Position numbers and translations under genes: made by a program. Positions 13,688 through 26,980 of a stretch of DNA of 64,000 bases are shown here, piece after piece. This stretch comes from Octopus vulgaris (Eukaryota). The notes beneath the pieces are model-generated. The model did no database searches and was not told the origin of the DNA. It saw nothing but the letters and a program-made list of their open reading frames with translations. The stretch lies in assembly GCA_951406725.2 (NCBI GenBank), contig OX597821.1:71052001-71116000 (forward strand). Reading direction: 5' to 3'. Position 1 is the stretch's first letter. Each line of letters starts with the position of its first letter.

Positions 13688-14627
13688 TGAGTGAGAGAGC
13701 AGTGCATGCCATTAAAGTGACACTGGGGTAAAATATACGAAGCTCAGTATACCCATCATGACTACCCGTCTGATAAGGGTACACCAGGCACATGCATCAC
13801 AACCATATTTGCACGACAGGGTGATCTCATATCAAGATAAAAAGCGCATGACCTTGCAGGTGGGACCCAGTTAGAATTTTCTTCTGGTCGAGTAGCCCAT
13901 CCTGCTCAAAAGGTCCCTGAATAAGGGTTGTTTAAGGATGTTGAACGAAACACCCATGTTTCCAGAGGTGAATTATTCAAACCCCAAAGAATTCCTTTCA
14001 ACAAACAGCTATGATGCTCCCCCACTACTTCTGCTTGTGATCAGAGATGCACATGTCGTCAGCCACTAAGGGACATGATCAACTGGTTAAGGTCAAACAA
14101 CTGACAAGCAAATCTGTGGTACTAAGCAGAATATTCGCTGTAGCTCATCTTTTATACCAAGACAAAACAACGTACATGATAACACTTCCAATCAGTATTA
14201 TTATTATTATTATTATTGAGTGAGAGAGCAGTGCATGCCATCAAAGTGACACTGGGGTAAAATATACGAAGCCCAATATACCCATCATGACTACCCGTCT
14301 GATAAGGGTACACAAGGCACATGCATCACAACCATATGTGCGCGACATGGTGATCTCATAAAAAGATAAACAGCACATGACCTTGCTGGTGGGGCCCAGT
14401 TAGAATTTTCTTCTGGTTGAGTAGCCCATCCCGCTCAAAAGGTCCCTGAATAAGGGTTGTTTAAGGATGTTGAAAGAACCACCCATGTTTCCAGAGGTGA
14501 ATTATTCAAACCCCAAAGAATCCCTCTCAACACATGGCTATGATGCTCCCCCACTACTTCTGCTCGTGATCAGAGATGCACATATCGTCAGCCACTAAGG
14601 GACATGCTCAACTGGTTAAAGTCAAAC
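13688..14627 (-). mobile_element. Two tandem copies of a (TAA)n-tailed retroposon 3' end
   Basis: 13688-14196 and 14216-14627 are near-identical, each adjoining (TTA)n. Confidence 0.75.
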
Positions 14628-14747
14628 AATTATTATTATTATTACTATTATTCTAATACGTTGTTTATACTCTTTTATTAGATGTCCATCTAACATAGTG
14701 TGTAAATCTAAAAGAAAGGTGAATGCTACAACCAATGAGAAGTTGAC

Positions 14748-14780
<33 letters not shown>

Positions 14781-15204
14781 CAGTGATTGACTGATGAATG
14801 AATGGGCAGCAAGAGAGCAAGTGAAATTCATAGGGAGAGAAAGAAAAAGAGAGCAGCAGATTTGAGGATGTTTCACTGCTTATGAAGGTGGTTGTGGTGT
14901 TGTGGAGATGATAGAGAAGGGTGGGGTGGTGGCAAGTGAGTGAATAGCCAACAATATGGAGGCAGTTTCCAATCACAACAAATACAGCTGCAGGATGTTA
15001 AAGGTAGGAAGTAACTCTGATATAACCGGAAACAGAGAGGGAAAAAAACAACAGGCAGATAATGAGGGTGGGTAGGGAGCGAAGGAGTAATACGGTGGTG
15101 GTGGTGGTGGTAGCGGTGGTAGTAGTATTGTTGGCAGTGGGTGATGGCCATCACCATTATGGTGATGATGGTGATTGCTATTGTAACCAAGAGATAACAT
15201 ACTG

Positions 15205-15525
15205 AGAGGAGGAGGAGGCAGGGATAAGGCAGAGGAGGAGGAGAAGGGGCGGGGGAAGAGGAGGAAAACGAGGAGGAGGAGGCGGGGAGAAGGGGGAGGG
15301 AGATGCAGTGGAGGGGGATGAGGCAGGGAAGAGTAGGCGACTGAGGTGGAGGCGGAGGAGGAGGATGGGGTGGAGGAGGAGGGGAAGGGGTGGGGGAGGA
15401 GGAGAGGCAGTGGAGGAGGGGGAGAAGGAGGCGGGGAGGGGGAAGGGGGGAAGGAGGCGGGGGAGGGGGAGGGGGAGGGGGAGGGGGAAGGGGGAGGAAG
15501 AGGCGGTGGAGGAGGAGGAGGAGAT
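15205..15525. repeat. G-rich polypurine low-complexity tract
   Basis: Runs of GGA/GGGGGA. Confidence 0.9.
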
Positions 15526-16752
15526 TGAAGAAACAAGGATTAGGAGGAAGAAGATTGGAAGAAAAGAATGAAGAAGGAAAACTGAAAGAGAGGACAGCAG
15601 AAAATGTTTATGCATTGATTCTTATGAGTGTGTGCGTACGTGTTTGTGTGTGTGTGTTAGGACATGTTCTAAAGATGTGGTGAGGTGTGAGTGAGTAAAT
15701 ACATAAGTGTGTATAAAGGTGTATATACATGAATTAATGGGCACTTCTGTGAAGCATATATTTGTGTTTCCTGTGTATACATGTATGCGAAAATATAACT
15801 ATGTAAATGTTTGTAATTATGTAAATGTACATATGCGTGTGTGTGTGTATCTGTGTGTAACGATTAAACCAAGAGACAGTTTTGAACAGTTGTAATCTTC
15901 AAATAAGGTTAAAAGGGCAAAAGATCCTACATAAAAAGCTTATGGAACTTAATTTTAATCTCATTTTATAACCACATCTCAAAATAATTTCTACCTTAAT
16001 GAACTGAAGTGAAATTAAAACAATACTCCACACCTGCATAGAAATACATAAACATAAGCATTAACGTCATTGTCGTTTGACATCCACTTGTCCATGCTGG
16101 CATGGGTTGGACGGTTTGACTGAGAGCTGGCAAGGCAGAAGGCTGCACCAGGCTCCACTCTGATCTGGCAAGGTTTCTACAGCTGGATGCTCTTCCGAAC
16201 ACCAACCACTCCAAGAGTGTAGTAGGTGCTTTTACGTGCCACTGACATGAGAGCTGGTCAGGTGGCACTGGCATCAGTCATGCTTGAATGGTGCTTTTTA
16301 CATGCCACCCAGTCCAGCAGCACTGGCATCGGGCACAATTATGATTTCACTTGATTCAACAGGTCTTCACAAGCACAGCATATTGCTCAACGATTGAAGG
16401 CTGCTTTTAAATGGCCAGTTATGCGACCCTGGCATTGGCCATAACTATGATCTCACTTGGCTTGCCAGGTCTTCTCAAGCCCAGCATATCTCCAAAGGTC
16501 TCAGTCACTTGTCATTGCCTCAGTGAGGCCCAAAAAATACACAACCACATTCACACAGCTGTATACTCTTAAACCCATTAATATACATGTAGGCCGCATG
16601 GAGACAAACATTAGCATGCACACAAACATATATGTATGTGGTATACATACACATAAGTATAAAAATATACACACATATTTATATGTACAAAAACACACAC
16701 ACACATTATAAAAACTCATACATACAAATATATGTACATAAATTCATACACG

Positions 16753-17318
16753 ATAAAGTGATAGTATGTTGACAACTTAATGTGACAGTCCCATAAAAGG
16801 GAAGAATGCTACTGTTATTTAGCCCTAGGAAACACCGTTTCCTGTTGGACTTGACACATTTCCTGTGTCTTTATGCTTTCAAAGTGGAGACAAGCACCTC
16901 CGCCCAGCAAAGCCAGAATTCAGAGACTAGTTTCAGAGCCATTGCTCATCATCTCTCATGAGATGATTTAGAAATATATTATTTCTATTTTCAAAAATCA
17001 GTGAAAGTATTTCACTTGAAATATGTTTTCAAAGACAGATAGACATCGACAGCTAACAAGCCATGCTACACCAGGCTGATGATGAGCAATGACACAGAAA
17101 CTAGCCTCTAGATGCTGGCTTTGCTGGGTGGAGGTGCTTATCTCCCCTTTGAAAAATGTGTCAAGTCCAACAAGAAACGGTGTTTCCTAGGGCTAAATAA
17201 CAGTAGCATTCTTCCCTTTCATGGGACTGTCACATTAAGTTGACAACATACTATCACTTTATTGTGCTGCTACCACATAAATCTCTCTGACAGATTTAGA
17301 AATATATTATTTCTAAAT
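16753..17318. mobile_element. Fold-back non-autonomous element with hammerhead motif (Penelope-like pLTR derivative)
   Basis: Inverted arms ~16753-16953 and ~17077-17262; direct repeat gatttagaaatatattatttcta at 16965 and 17293; hammerhead core CTGATGA at 17076 and GAAA at 17097. Confidence 0.7.
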
Positions 17319-17569
17319 TCATACATATATATACCTATAGGTACATACACTGACATACAAGCATAGATACATGAACGTATATACGTAGTAAATCCAAAGC
17401 AGATACACACTTATACAAGTACTATTTTTGGAAGTGAGTACATCAATATGTTGATTATTTACAGTAGATGTCGCACAGCAGTTATTTATACGGTGGCTAG
17501 AATGTGGTATTAGATGGATGGTTAGTTGTTGTAGCATTATAAGTGGCACAGTTTAATTTACCATGGTTA

Positions 17570-18830
17570 AATCTTTTAAATATTCAGTAATATTAGGCTC
17601 AGCAAACTATGCCACCTTAAATGTGTGTCTATTAAAAATGCTATGCTACAGCCTAGATTTAGAGAAGTGTTTGTCTAAAGCTTGAAAAGATTTTTGAGCC
17701 ACATTAGAAGCAATAGTTGTACTGGGGTGGGGTGAACCACAAAGTTTTCCTATGCCAACTATTTTTATTTATGTTTTTAAGCTTATTCCGATTAGATGCA
17801 TTTGGGCCTAAAGTACTTTGATGGTAAATTGCAATCATGTCACTTGATTTAATTACAGGATTACTAATTTCATCATCACCATTATTATTACAATTATTAT
17901 GACCAATGGTACTAATATTAATGTTATTAATATTATTATTGTCATTAACCTTTGCATTACTGTATTTCTATTGAGATGTTCTGTGTTTCTTTCAATTACT
18001 TTAAATATAACAAAGAATTTAGTAAAATAACTTAGTTATCATTCAGCTAGTGTTAAGAAGATAAATTGTGACTAAGGTTTGGTGGAAGATTTTAATTCAA
18101 AACTTATGATAACAAGACATTTGTACTCAGAACCAGAGCCAGTTTCAGCCGGGTCGGTAACAAAAGGTTTAAGGACATAAGTACAATAATCACTGATGAG
18201 TGCTTCCTTGCCAATTCACAATTTATTCTTTCTTGACTTGGTTTATGCTATTTTTGTAGGCAAGTTTTATGGTTATTCAGTGTTATATTGGACATCTGAT
18301 TTTTATTAACTTTATTAATGTCAAATGGTATATGACTGTAACTGCCATCATTATATTTTGAAAAATATGTTATTTTCTCTTTATAACCAACCCTAGCTAG
18401 AGCTTCATAGTAGTAGCAAGAATTTTGATCGAAAGTGCCCTGGTTGGCAGAGAACAATGATATATGGTAGGATACACTGTTTATAATGGAACGTATAATA
18501 GCTCTTGGATGATTCAGGAAGTTGTTAATGTAAGTTAGATGCTGATTTGACTTATGAAAAGATTTGAAGAGACCTATACTAAGATTTAGAGTAACATCTA
18601 GAAAGTTTACTATTTTACAGGTGTCATGAGATACAATAGACAAACCTGTATTCTTAAAGTATCCAATAAATGTTTTTTTAGTTCTAACATAACCAACATT
18701 ACTGGAATTATGTAAAGAGAGCAAAGTCTAACTTCAAGATTCTGAATTTCATCTTTAATTCTATAAAATAAGTATATCTCTATGAGATCAGTGACTTGCA
18801 CAGAGCCATTAGATCCCATGGTGATAATGA
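17570..18830 (-). mobile_element. Degraded Penelope-like retroelement (RT thumb and downstream linker)
   Basis: MGSNGS..; IVNFLDVTLNLSIGLFKSFHKSNQHLTYINNFLNHPRAIIRSI...YYEALARVGY; RKTLWFTPP/..LDKHFSK..HSIFNRHTFKVA*FAEPNI. These are PLE-typical motifs with stops and frameshifts, interrupted by a piggyBac MITE. Confidence 0.8.
17945..18172. mobile_element. piggyBac-type MITE copy nested in the Penelope remnant
   Basis: Colinear with 50125-50352; TTAA ends. Confidence 0.8.
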
Positions 18831-19794
18831 AATTAGGTTACCTATTCTTTCTACTCCAAATATATATATATTATATATTTGTGTCTGTGTTTGCCTCCCA
18901 AAAGGTGTTGGTTTGTTTATAACCTCTTAGTGGTTCCATAAAAGAGACCAAAAGAATAAGTACTAGCTAGACTTTAAAAAGTAAGAACTGAGATTGATTC
19001 ATTCAACTGAATCTTTCAATGTGGTGCCCCAGCATGGCCACGGTCTAATGACTAAAAGATAAAAGATAAGCAAATACCAGTAAAAAAAACTACCATGCCA
19101 TGAGACAGCCTAATACATGGTTACTCAATCTGCTAGAAATAGCAGTCAAACCTCTCTCGAACCCTAACACCATAAGAATAAAGGAGTGTTATCCTGAATG
19201 GACACAACATGGGGAAAATAATCAGGAACAGTCATGGCTGGATTTCCTTTCAGGGGTTTTTTGCTTGTTTGTGATTGGTCTTTTTGTTTGATCAGTGCTG
19301 TCATGGAACTAAACAGCAACAACAACAGCAATCAACCCCACCTCATCCCCCATGCCCTTGTGCTAATAATAGAAATCATCATCATCATCATCATTACATC
19401 AACCACTTTGACAACTATGGCTGTTATTACTGTGTTTATTGTCTGGTGTTATTTCCCTAACATGTTCCCCACCCCTCGGAACCCTCCCCCCGCCCCACAT
19501 CGGCACCCTCCACTCCCCCTCCTTTCAGAACAAAACAACTTTGGGTGGTCTGACACTACAACACTTCAGAAAATTCCATTTTTTCCCCCAAAATATAAGA
19601 AGAACAAAAGTTTGAATACAACAAAATGGTGTTTGTTTATTTTCTATTTATCATCATCATCATCATCATCACAGTCATTAACAGCAACACCACAATCACC
19701 ATAGCTATCATCATCATCATCATGATCATTAACACTCTTGTCGTCATCATCATTATTATCATCACCATAATCATCATCACCAAGAACAGCAACA

Positions 19795-20015
19795 AGTGGT
19801 GGTGGTGGTGGTAGTAGTAGTGGTGGTGGTGGCAGTAGTAGTAGTAGTGGTGGTGGTGGTGTTAGTAGTAGTGGTGGTGGTGGTGGTGTAGTAGTAGTAG
19901 TAGTGGTGGTGGTGGTGTTAGTAGTAGTGGTGGTGGTGTTAGTAGTAGTAGTAGTGGTGGTGGTGGTGGTAGTAGTAGTAGTAGTGGTGGTGGTGGTGTT
20001 AGTAGTAGTAGTGGT
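19795..20015. repeat. (GGT)/(AGT) compound microsatellite
   Basis: Direct reading. Confidence 0.9.
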
Positions 20016-20559
20016 AATGGCTACTGCTAGAAATCCTTTGATCCTGGGCCTTCTCGGTCAGATCTGACTTAGGGTTATAAATATTATCTTGAAAAGAAAA
20101 AAGGCAGAATGGTCATAGATGGAAAGCCTTTCAGCCTCGCTCTGCTCATCAGGACTGACCTGCAGCTCAACAACAACAAGTTGCTTCTAAGTGAACAGCT
20201 GCTGCCATCTGTAAGTTATTAAGGAAAGCGTTTTGTGGGAGTGAAATAAGCCAGGGAATGGATGAGGAGAAGGAAGAGTTTAGTGGGGAGGTACATGCAT
20301 TAGCTCACTCTCTTTCTCTCTCTAGCAATCTATATATGTATGTATGTAAGTGAACAGCTGCTGCCATCTGTAAGTTATTAAGGAAAGCGTTTTGTGGGAG
20401 TTATATATAAATCATCATCATTTAACATCCATTTTCCGTGCTAGCATGGGTTGGACAGTTCGACCGGGGTCTGGGAAGCCAGGAGGCTGCACCAGGCTCC
20501 AATCTGATCTGGCAGTGTTTCTACAGCTGGATGCCTTCCTAATGCCAACCACTCCATGA

Positions 20560-20605
<46 letters not shown>

Positions 20606-21626
20606 CACAAACACACACACTTTTTATTAAAGCTGAAAAAATCTTCACTGCATTCTAGTGGGCCTTGAGTGGAGACCACTGTGTTCTAGGTATTCTAGCC
20701 AAGTCTCTGGTTTTGTGGACCCTGAAATCAGGTTTGAGTGTTGCCTTCTCTCCTCTCTCTTTTATCTAATGTCCTACTTGTTTCGATCACTGAACTCTGG
20801 CCATGCTGGAGCATCATCTTCAAGAATTTTAGTCAAAAAAATCAACCCAAGGATTTATTTATTTATTAAATCTGGTACTTATTCAGTCATTCACTTCTGC
20901 TGAACCAGTATGTTACAGGGGCATAAACAAACCAACCCTGGTTGTCAAGGGGTGGTGGAGACACATCCAGACCCAATGACACACAGAAAGATAAGGACAT
21001 AGAGACAGACTGCACAGTTTCCATCTACCAAATCTACTCATAAGGCATTGGTCAGCCTAGGGCTATAATAAAAGATTATTACCCAAGGTTCTGTGCAGTG
21101 GGACAGAACCCAAAACTGTTAAGGGAGCAGCTTGACATTGGATGCTGCCCTTCACCAGAGGATCAGAACTGAACCGCAGGTAACCCATCATGACTATACC
21201 ACATTTGATTCGGTGATACTTGGTTTCTAGTAGCAACAAAATGCCACAAATTTGTACGTAGGAGAAGGACAAAACTGAAAGAATCCTGGTGCCCAGTCTT
21301 CAGCTTAGTCCATAACTGGTGGCATATTTTATTGACCCCAGAGAGATGAAAGCTAAAGTGAGTCCCTCTGTACGCTCGGGTGGTGGAGACACATTCTGCA
21401 GAACGAGCAATGACACACAGAAAGATAAGGACATAGAGACAGACTGCACAGGCTTTTGCCTTTCATCCACCACACACACACACACACACACACACCTACG
21501 CACATACACACACGGCACAGCTCGTGAAACTTGACACCAACAATGATAAGGGGAAAAAAAATAGGAAAAAAGAGAAGCTGATGAGGATAAGATGACAGAA
21601 GAGAAAAGAATGATGATAATGATAAC

Positions 21627-21662
<36 letters not shown>

Positions 21663-24064
21663 TTTCAAATACAAAAATAAAGCATAAAATGAAAAGAGGA
21701 GAAGAAATGAAAACACAGACTGTAACTTTGTTTTCAGCTTAGTCCAGGATAACTGTTTATTTTACCTGGGGGTGCAAATGATGTGAGATGATAGAAGGGA
21801 CCAATAATTACATCTGCAGGAGGAGAAGAGTCGTTTTCAGATAACGGGTGTATACTTACTTACTGACATACCTATACATACAATTACACACGCGCACGTG
21901 CACACACACACACACATGCATACACACATGCACACAGATTTACACATGCTCACAAAAACTCACGTATGCACACTACTCTACTTGCATAGCTGTGAGTATG
22001 CAAAGTATTTTCATACCTTTACCTTTCAATTATATATTATATTATATATGATGATGATGATGGTAACCACACACATGCGTGTGTATGTGTGTGTGTGTGT
22101 GTCAAATAGCAGGGATCTAAATGATCCTGGCAATTAACTTAGAGTGCTCCAACCTATATTTGGCTAACAGGGTACTGTGAAGAATACATAAATACTGAAA
22201 ACCAATCAACCGGTTAACATAGCAGGCAGTAATGCTAACCTCGTATAATGATATTAAGCATCTTGTAAATCCATTCAAACAACAAAAGCAAATATTACAG
22301 TCTATGACATAATAAAGAAACATAAATGAACAATTTATACTACACATGTTTCTACGGTATGGCTTTTATTTAACCTTGTTTATCCAGGCATAACATTAGA
22401 TTTTATTTACCTGGGGGTGCAAATCGAACATGTGAGATGAAAGAAGGGACCAATAATTACATCTGCAGGTTTCAAAAGGACTTCAGTTGGATAAGGAGAT
22501 GTATACTTACAGCAATCAGTACTGACATACCTATATATACTTACACACGCGCAGAGTGGTCACACACACACACACATGCATACACATTCATTTAGCACAC
22601 AGATTTATCACATGAGACTCATGACAATAAATTACTCACGTATGTCAACACTACAGATCTACTTGCATAGCTGTGAGTATGCAAAGTATTTTCATACCTT
22701 TACCTTTCAATTATATATTATATTATATATGATGATGATGATGGTACTCTCCTCTTCATCATCACCAGCATCATCATCTTCCTCATTGCCATTTAACCAG
22801 CGAATTGGCAGAGGAAGTAGAACATCCGATCCTGGCAATTAACCTTGCAGTGCTCCATTTACCTGATATTTGGCTAACAGGGTACTCTGAAGAATTCATA
22901 AATACTGTCACATCCAACATTGTCTTTCAATCAACCGGTTAACATAGCAGGCAGTGCAATGCTAACCTCGTATAATGATATTAAGCATCTTGTAAATCCA
23001 TTTATGTAACAACAAAATGCAGCAAATATTACAGTCTATGACATAATAAAGAAACATAAATGAACAATTTATACTACACATGTTTCTACGGTATGGCTAT
23101 TTATTTAACCTTGCATATTACATGATATTGCATAACATTAGATTATTACATAGCTATACCATTTCATCAGGCAACCTCGAACATTTTAATAGTAAAAGCA
23201 ATCTGTGGACAAATATACTGAAATCATGCAGTGTTTCAAAAAAGGACTTCAGTTGGAGAAGGAGATAGTTTGAATTACAGCCAATCAGTAATAAGAACAG
23301 GAATAATGATATACTTGAAGAGAGAGTGGTCACTTCAACCTTACTATGTGTCAGATAAATTCATTTAGCAGCCAAACATTTATCAATGAGACTAATGACA
23401 ATAAATTACTCAACTGTCAACACAGCAGATCCTGCAAGTTTGTACAATTAGCCAAAATTAGTAATTATCAGCCTTATGTCATTACTGTTTTATCCATCTT
23501 CATCATCATCATCATCAGCATCATCATGTCACTCTCCTCTTCATCATCACCAGCATCATCATCTTCCTCATTGCAAAACAGTCTTTAAACAGGCTACTTT
23601 CGATTCCTTTTCAATGTTTCCATACTACTAACCACGATGTAATCAAGCTTTGAAATCAAATTTAGTTCTTTGAATTTTTTACCAAATGAAAATGGCTGCT
23701 CCTACATTCCAGAAGAAATTTTGTTTGATTCTGACTCTTGTTACAAGGCGTCAACAAAGTAGACGAGTGGATACTATCATCCATGACTGGCTGATGTGAG
23801 GGAAGCACTGACCCCCAAGGAGGTGCATTTCTGAGAGACAACTCTTTCATCGATTCCTTAATGCATTACATAAAAAAATTATTCATCTATTCCTTATTAG
23901 TATACAAAGAAAAATCAAGTCTGTACACACAATGCAAAAAAAAGTTATAGCAAGGTTTACATGCCTTTTGTTCCCTCAAAAATAATGCAGTGGCAGGGGA
24001 TTCTCTTCAAGGGGCAAAGCAGTGGGCTAAAGGTTAAGAAGGGATCAAGAACACCTTCCATGGG

Positions 24065-25173
24065 TTAACCCTTTCGTTACTATATTTCTGACCAAATTAC
24101 ACCCCTTATGTGTTTCAATTAATTTCTAACGTAATCATAAATTTAGTCTGGTCTCATTAAACAACTATAACTTTTTTATTTATCGATATATTAATCTGAT
24201 TTTTTGGAAGATAATTTAATGAAATATTCTCAACCAATTCTATACTATAATTTTTGTCACAAAGTGACTCTAATTACAGGTAGATACAGGTAAATTCAAC
24301 AAAATATAAAATTATTAAAATTTTGTTCAAACATCGCTATAGAAAATGGGTTATTAGCTAATATTCAGTTGGGTATACAACAAAATTTTATGATAGAATT
24401 TGTTATTCTGAGTAACTTTCTGATACCCATAATAATATTTATGGCAAAATAGTCTTAATTTCATTTAAGGTTGTGGGAAATAACAAACTATCGTTTCTTT
24501 CGCTTTGTTTACGTTTAGCTTAACGGTTCGTTTCTGCCGTAATGATTTCAAATAGGCTCATTCGAAAAAGTAAATAGAAATAATCTAAGGCTTTACCCTT
24601 CTGGGAAAGTCTGTGGCTTGGTCCAGTTTCTTCAGAAAAATCACCGAAAGAAACAGTTTTTAAATTTCCACTCCATTCAGGTGCCAATTCATTGTTTGAT
24701 TCTGACTCAGATGATGATTTTGAAGGATTTACTTGGGTTGATGTTGAAAATGAAACATCAGAGTCATTATCAAATACCATGTGCTTTTTTTTTTCAGTCA
24801 TAGAGTTAGATTTGATGTAACAAGTAGATACTATCATCCATGACTGACTGATGCTTGATATAATGAAATTCGTATCCATTTTTTGTCAGAATTACAAATT
24901 TTGAAAACACAATAGGAACAAATTTCGGAAAAAAATCTCCCAAAATTCACGGAATTAAAATTACACTTCGATTATTGTACAAAACTGTAGTTGAACTGTT
25001 TACGAAGTATAATACGTGTTTTCACGAATGTACTGAAGAGATTTGCTCTGATATTCTCATTTAAATATGAATAGGTAAATTCGGGCGGCTTTGGTCTCAT
25101 AAACAAAATTTTTTTCGGGCAAAGCAGTGGGCTAAAGGTTAAGAAGGGATCAAGAACACTTTCCATGGGTTAA
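24065..25173 (-). mobile_element. Internally deleted piggyBac transposon
   Basis: TTAA|CCC...GGG|TTAA ends; ORF 24520-24879 has an acidic N-terminus and FSEETGP..ALDYFYLLF..IITAETNR, like a piggyBac transposase N-terminus; left end shared with the MITEs. Confidence 0.75.
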
Positions 25174-25444
25174 AGTATACACTCTTCAGGTACAAATAAT
25201 CATACAAAATAAACTATAATCTTAATATATAAAAAGAGAGAGAGAAAGAGAGAGAGAGAGAATGTGTGTGTGTGTGTGTGTGTTTTGCACCTATATTGAC
25301 TACATTTCATTTCACTTGAACTTTGTGTGTGTACATTTTGCTGTTTTCAAGATTATCGAATCTATGAGTATCTGTGTGTCTGTAAGTGTTTCCACATTTG
25401 TTATGTCTATAGTAAACTACAGTAAAGGACATTTTACACTGTTT

Positions 25445-25870
25445 TAATGGGCTCACATCTAATGAAGTAGCCATCCTTATGGTAGGTGATCCCCCATGAA
25501 AATCATGATATTCTCATTCGTGCTTGAGATAACAACCTTAAACGTGTTTCAGAGACTCATCCCTCTTTACGATGCTCTCCAGTATCCTCTTATTCTGTGG
25601 AATGGACAATATGGGTATCATTTCGATATTCCACAGATTGAACCTGCAACTGCAGAGCCAATTACAAACAAAAAGGTGTTGTCAAGGGACTTCTATTCTT
25701 TCCAACTGATATTAAAACCAGAACAATCAAATCAATTACACGTGTATCGTCATCTATTTCAGCAATACCTGGTTGACATGCTAAAGTTGAGAGTCAGCAT
25801 CTCTTCTACATTTATAACAATAAAAAAAAGTTAAGAGTTAAAAGTTATGTTCATCTCCAAGATACTCTGA
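25445..25870 (+). mobile_element. Helitron Rep/helicase-like coding fragment (degraded)
   Basis: NEVAILMVGD..RVSETHPS/YDALQYPLILWNGQYGYHF..KKVLSRDFYSFQL..LFQQYLVDM. Confidence 0.8.
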
Positions 25871-26547
25871 GGACAGATGGTAATATTCAAAACACATACC
25901 TGTATGCCCCAGGGACATACAGGTGTGTGTTTTTGTCTGTGTTTGTTTCCACACTGCTTGACAACTGGTTTGGGTTGGTTTATGTCACAGTAACTTAGCA
26001 GTTTGACAAAAGAGACCAACAGAATAAGTACCAGACTTAAAACTAAAAAAAATAACAAGTTAATTTGTTCGACTGAAACCCTTCAAAGTGGTGCTTCAGC
26101 ATGGCCCCAACGGTCCAATGATTGAAGCAAATAAAAGAAAGATTGTCCAGATGGAGAGGTTTGTTTTGAATTGTTTGCAAAACAAACATCAGTGCAGGAA
26201 ATTAACACATAAAGATAAGCACCACACTTCTTTCTGACAAACGATTAAAGTTTAACGACTTATCAAATGCAATGCAATTTACCCAGAAGCTAAACAATGT
26301 TGCGTGCATGTTTTTTTTTTCTCTTTTTTGCATGCCAGTGTATATCTATGTATATGGTGTGTATATTTAGAAAGAAGCATGCAAAAATATACAAATATAT
26401 AGAAAAAAATCCTTATCAAGGCTGTAAAGTTTTACTGGCAGAAATCTATCACAGCCCTCAGGTGATAAATAAGCAGCTACTCGTAAGTGCATGTATTATG
26501 GGTGTTTATATATGCAAGTATGTGTATATTTATATGTAGATATAATA

Positions 26548-26594
<47 letters not shown>

Positions 26595-26830
26595 TGCATA
26601 CGTATATGTACATACTTACATGTGCGTATATATATATATATGCATATGTGGGGACAGGATGTCATGAAACATGCACAACAACAAAATACGAAGTACAGGT
26701 ACATGGAACATGAATTATTCTTTCAAACAATGAAAGGCACAAATGGAAAACAAGACAAACAACACAAAAAAACGGCCCTTCATCAATTCTTGACTGTTTT
26801 TTTACTCTCGTATTTCGACCATTTAACAGC

Positions 26831-26878
<48 letters not shown>

Positions 26879-26933
26879 TTGTCAGTGAACAGGTTGCGGT
26901 CTGAAAGCGACGAAAATATTTTGGCAAATCAAT

Positions 26934-26980
<47 letters not shown>

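Noticed and set aside
14660-14730. Minus-strand LLDLHTMLDG as a candidate ZNG1 exon 10
   Set aside because: The acceptor AG falls inside the matching motif, the phase does not fit exon 9, and the donor is weak.
15995-16033. AG/GT-bounded 39-nt minus-strand segment (VWSIVLISLQFIK)
   Set aside because: No homology support; such bounded segments occur by chance.
21766-21813. Exon-like 48-nt segment on the minus strand (ctgcag|...|gtaaaa; VIIGPFYHLTSFAPP)
   Set aside because: No similarity to ZNG1 or any family I recognise, and it lies in the garbled region.
22862-22940. VD*KTMLDVTVF, faintly like ZNG1 exon 10
   Set aside because: In-frame stop and no acceptor at the required position.
26770-26830. 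TGATGA and GAAA on the minus strand as another hammerhead
   Set aside because: Core C3 is missing and I could not form the stems.
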